64,000 nucleotides of DNA. It comes from the human T2T-CHM13v2.0 reference genome, Homo sapiens. Positions 61,424 through 64,000 of this stretch are shown piece by piece. Under the pieces are notes generated by a model. It was not told the DNA's origin. It did not search any database and saw only the letters and a list, made by a program, of their open reading frames with translations. Where the stretch lies: NCBI RefSeq assembly GCF_009914755.1, contig NC_060925.1; one strand, written 5' to 3'. The first letter of the stretch is position 1. Each line of letters starts with the position of its first letter. The translations under genes and the position numbers were made by a program.

Positions 61424-63051
61424 AAAAACAACACAGTTTGGGCTCTCTTGGAACGTATCTCAGTGAAAGGGAAACAGTAAACAGCTAAGTAAAGAACAAG
61501 AAAATGACAGAGAATGATAAGCTCAAGGAAGGAGCCACAGCAGTGACACATGCTAGCTAGACAACAAAGTGACTGGTGACGCCTTTAGCTGGGGTGGTCA
61601 GGTAGCTACCGCAAGGCACCAGCTGTGGAAACATCGGGGGGAAGAGCTAAAAAAAAAAAAAAGCCAGTCATTTAGATTTGGGGTTTTACTCTGGAGGCAT
61701 TTCCTGTGGCTTTCCCACAAAAGAGACATTTCTCGAAAGTTGACTTTAGATTACTTTTACTTTAGTTTGGATGTGGTGCTTGATGATGTAGTCCTCTGCA
61801 ATTGAAGATTAATAACTCAGGCAATTTGAGGGCAACAGGGCATGGTTCTTTTGGAAAAAGAAGTGTCTTTTTATCCCTATTAAAGACAGCAGACTTAAAA
61901 ATAAAATTCTCATTATATGAAAGTATTAATATTTCTGAGGATTTCTCATAGGCTTCGGAATTTACGAACATAAACTATCTGGCTTGTTTTTATTTCTCTT
62001 ACTCCCAAGGGTCTTTTCTTTTTTTGCAGAGGATAGAATTCTGGTGTTAAGGGCTATCTGTTATTTCATGTCCTAAGTGTCAACAAAACAGTGACAACCT
62101 CAGTATCCCAAGTGACAACCTCTCCCTCCCCCCACTCAGTCACTCTCTCTGCTCCCCCATCCCATCCCCTCTCCACCCAGCAGTGATGGAGGTGTGAAAA
62201 GTTGAGCTGCCTGAGGATTATATAGTGGTGACATGCAATGGCAATCTCCCTGCCCGAATGCTAGGGGACCTTAACCTCTCTGCATCTCAGTCTCCTTTTC
62301 TGTAAAGTAGGGACAATAATGACACCCACCTTGCAGGGTTTCTCTGAGGATGAAAAGAGTATATTCAAGGAAAAGTGCCTGGCACTTACTAAGGACTCCA
62401 TAAATGATGATAGAGATGATGATGAAAAGCAGAGCCAGTCCCGAGAGTCCGTACCACCACAACTAGTTGATTTTTGTTTTTATCCATAGTCCAATAATTT
62501 GTCATTTCACTGACTTTTCAATTGAAAGGAAAAGAGAGAGACTGTTGTTGTTCTTTGACAAGGAATTGAGGTGGAGGATATCACACTGCATCTTTAGACG
62601 TAATCTCAAATCGGATTCAAGCATCGAGATGAATTACTGTCAACATTTCAGAACTTTCTGAAGTCACTGAAGTGTTTGTCTTAAAAGATGTGTATAGAAC
62701 TTATTTCGAAATGCACCACAATATAAAATGGATGGACACACGGATAGATGGAAAGATCTGTGATAAAGCAAATATGGCAAAATGCCGATGGTAGAATCTA
62801 GTGGTGGGTACATAGGAGCTCATTATCTGCTTCTTTCAGCCTCTCTGTATGTTTGACATTTTTATAGTAAAATGCTGGGGGGGATACTGTGCAGGGTCCT
62901 GATTACATGGCTGAGCTATAATCTTGATATTTTGCCTTTAGAAGTAATCTTTTTTCCCCTAACTAAATAAATGAAGAAATGCAGCGATTTAAAAAGAAAA
63001 ACATCATCTAATGCCTGCCTCTCCAATGATAACTCTTTAAGAAACTCCAAA

Positions 63052-63215
63052 AGCAGACATGGTGGTGTGCCTGTATTCCTAGCTACTCTGGAGGCTGAGG
63101 CAGGAGGATCAGTTGAGCCCAAGAGTTCAAGACTGCAGTGAGCTATGATTGTGCCACTGAACTCAGCCTGGGCAAAGAGCAAGACCTCATCTCTAAATAT
63201 GAATGAATGAATAAA
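63052..63215 (+). mobile_element. Free right Alu monomer or truncated AluJ
   Basis: Single right arm. Confidence 0.8.
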
Positions 63216-63355
63216 ATAAGCTCTATAGAAGTTCAGGGTTCCTTGGATCAGAGTTTGAGAAGCCCAGGTTAACAACACTAATAAGAGTAGTACAAATGAG
63301 TGTTCAGTGTGTGCCAGCCACCATTCTAGATACCTCACGTGTATTATTGCATTTA

Positions 63356-63652
<297 letters not shown>

Positions 63653-64000
63653 ACACCCATTTTATAGATGAGGAAACTGAGTCACAGAGAGAGAATAAGT
63701 AACTCACCCAAGGTCACAGAGCTAGTAAAGGATGGGTTAGGAACACAGAACTTGAATACTTGGTAAGTCAGATCACTAAGCTTATACTAAGCTTGATGGG
63801 AGGTGGAGAGCAATCATCACTGGAACTCAGATTTGTTGTCAGGTTGTTTTAGCTTTTGTTTGTGTCCTGAGTTACTTAAGAAATGCCCTCTGTTTATTAG
63901 AACCAGGCTTTTCTATGCTAGATATCATGGTTAGAAGAGATTGTCTTAAAAACCTGCAGAATTGTCCTTGTTGTCATTGCTGACTGATCTATCTAATCCC

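Overview
Primate, almost certainly human, genomic DNA. The window holds the 3' half of TMEM51 on the + strand: a 73-nt 5'UTR exon (22577-22649), coding exons 26979-27515 and 31410 to about 32560, and a 253-aa two-TM protein. A full-length processed MFF pseudogene with a nested Alu sits antisense in the upstream intron (3844-5230). A CpG-island promoter and non-coding first exon at about 59.5-59.75 kb contains a perfect palindromic RFX X-box; from recalled gene order at 1p36.21 this is FHAD1, but none of its coding sequence is visible. The rest is Alu-dense intronic or intergenic DNA with MaLR/ERV LTRs, L1/L2/MIR fragments, DNA transposons and simple repeats. Almost all ORF-track entries are Alu-derived or chance ORFs. 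I found no evidence of a new multi-gene system. The best leads are: (i) a 59-codon uORF that exists only when the 73-nt exon is spliced in; (ii) a +4 tandem acceptor that would swap the acidic, triple-PY-motif tail for a short basic tail; (iii) a series of short 50-200 bp paired duplications 0.7-2 kb apart, two of which interrupt the L2 3'-terminal motif and look like templated insertions. Repeat subfamily names come from recalled consensus sequences and their boundaries are approximate.
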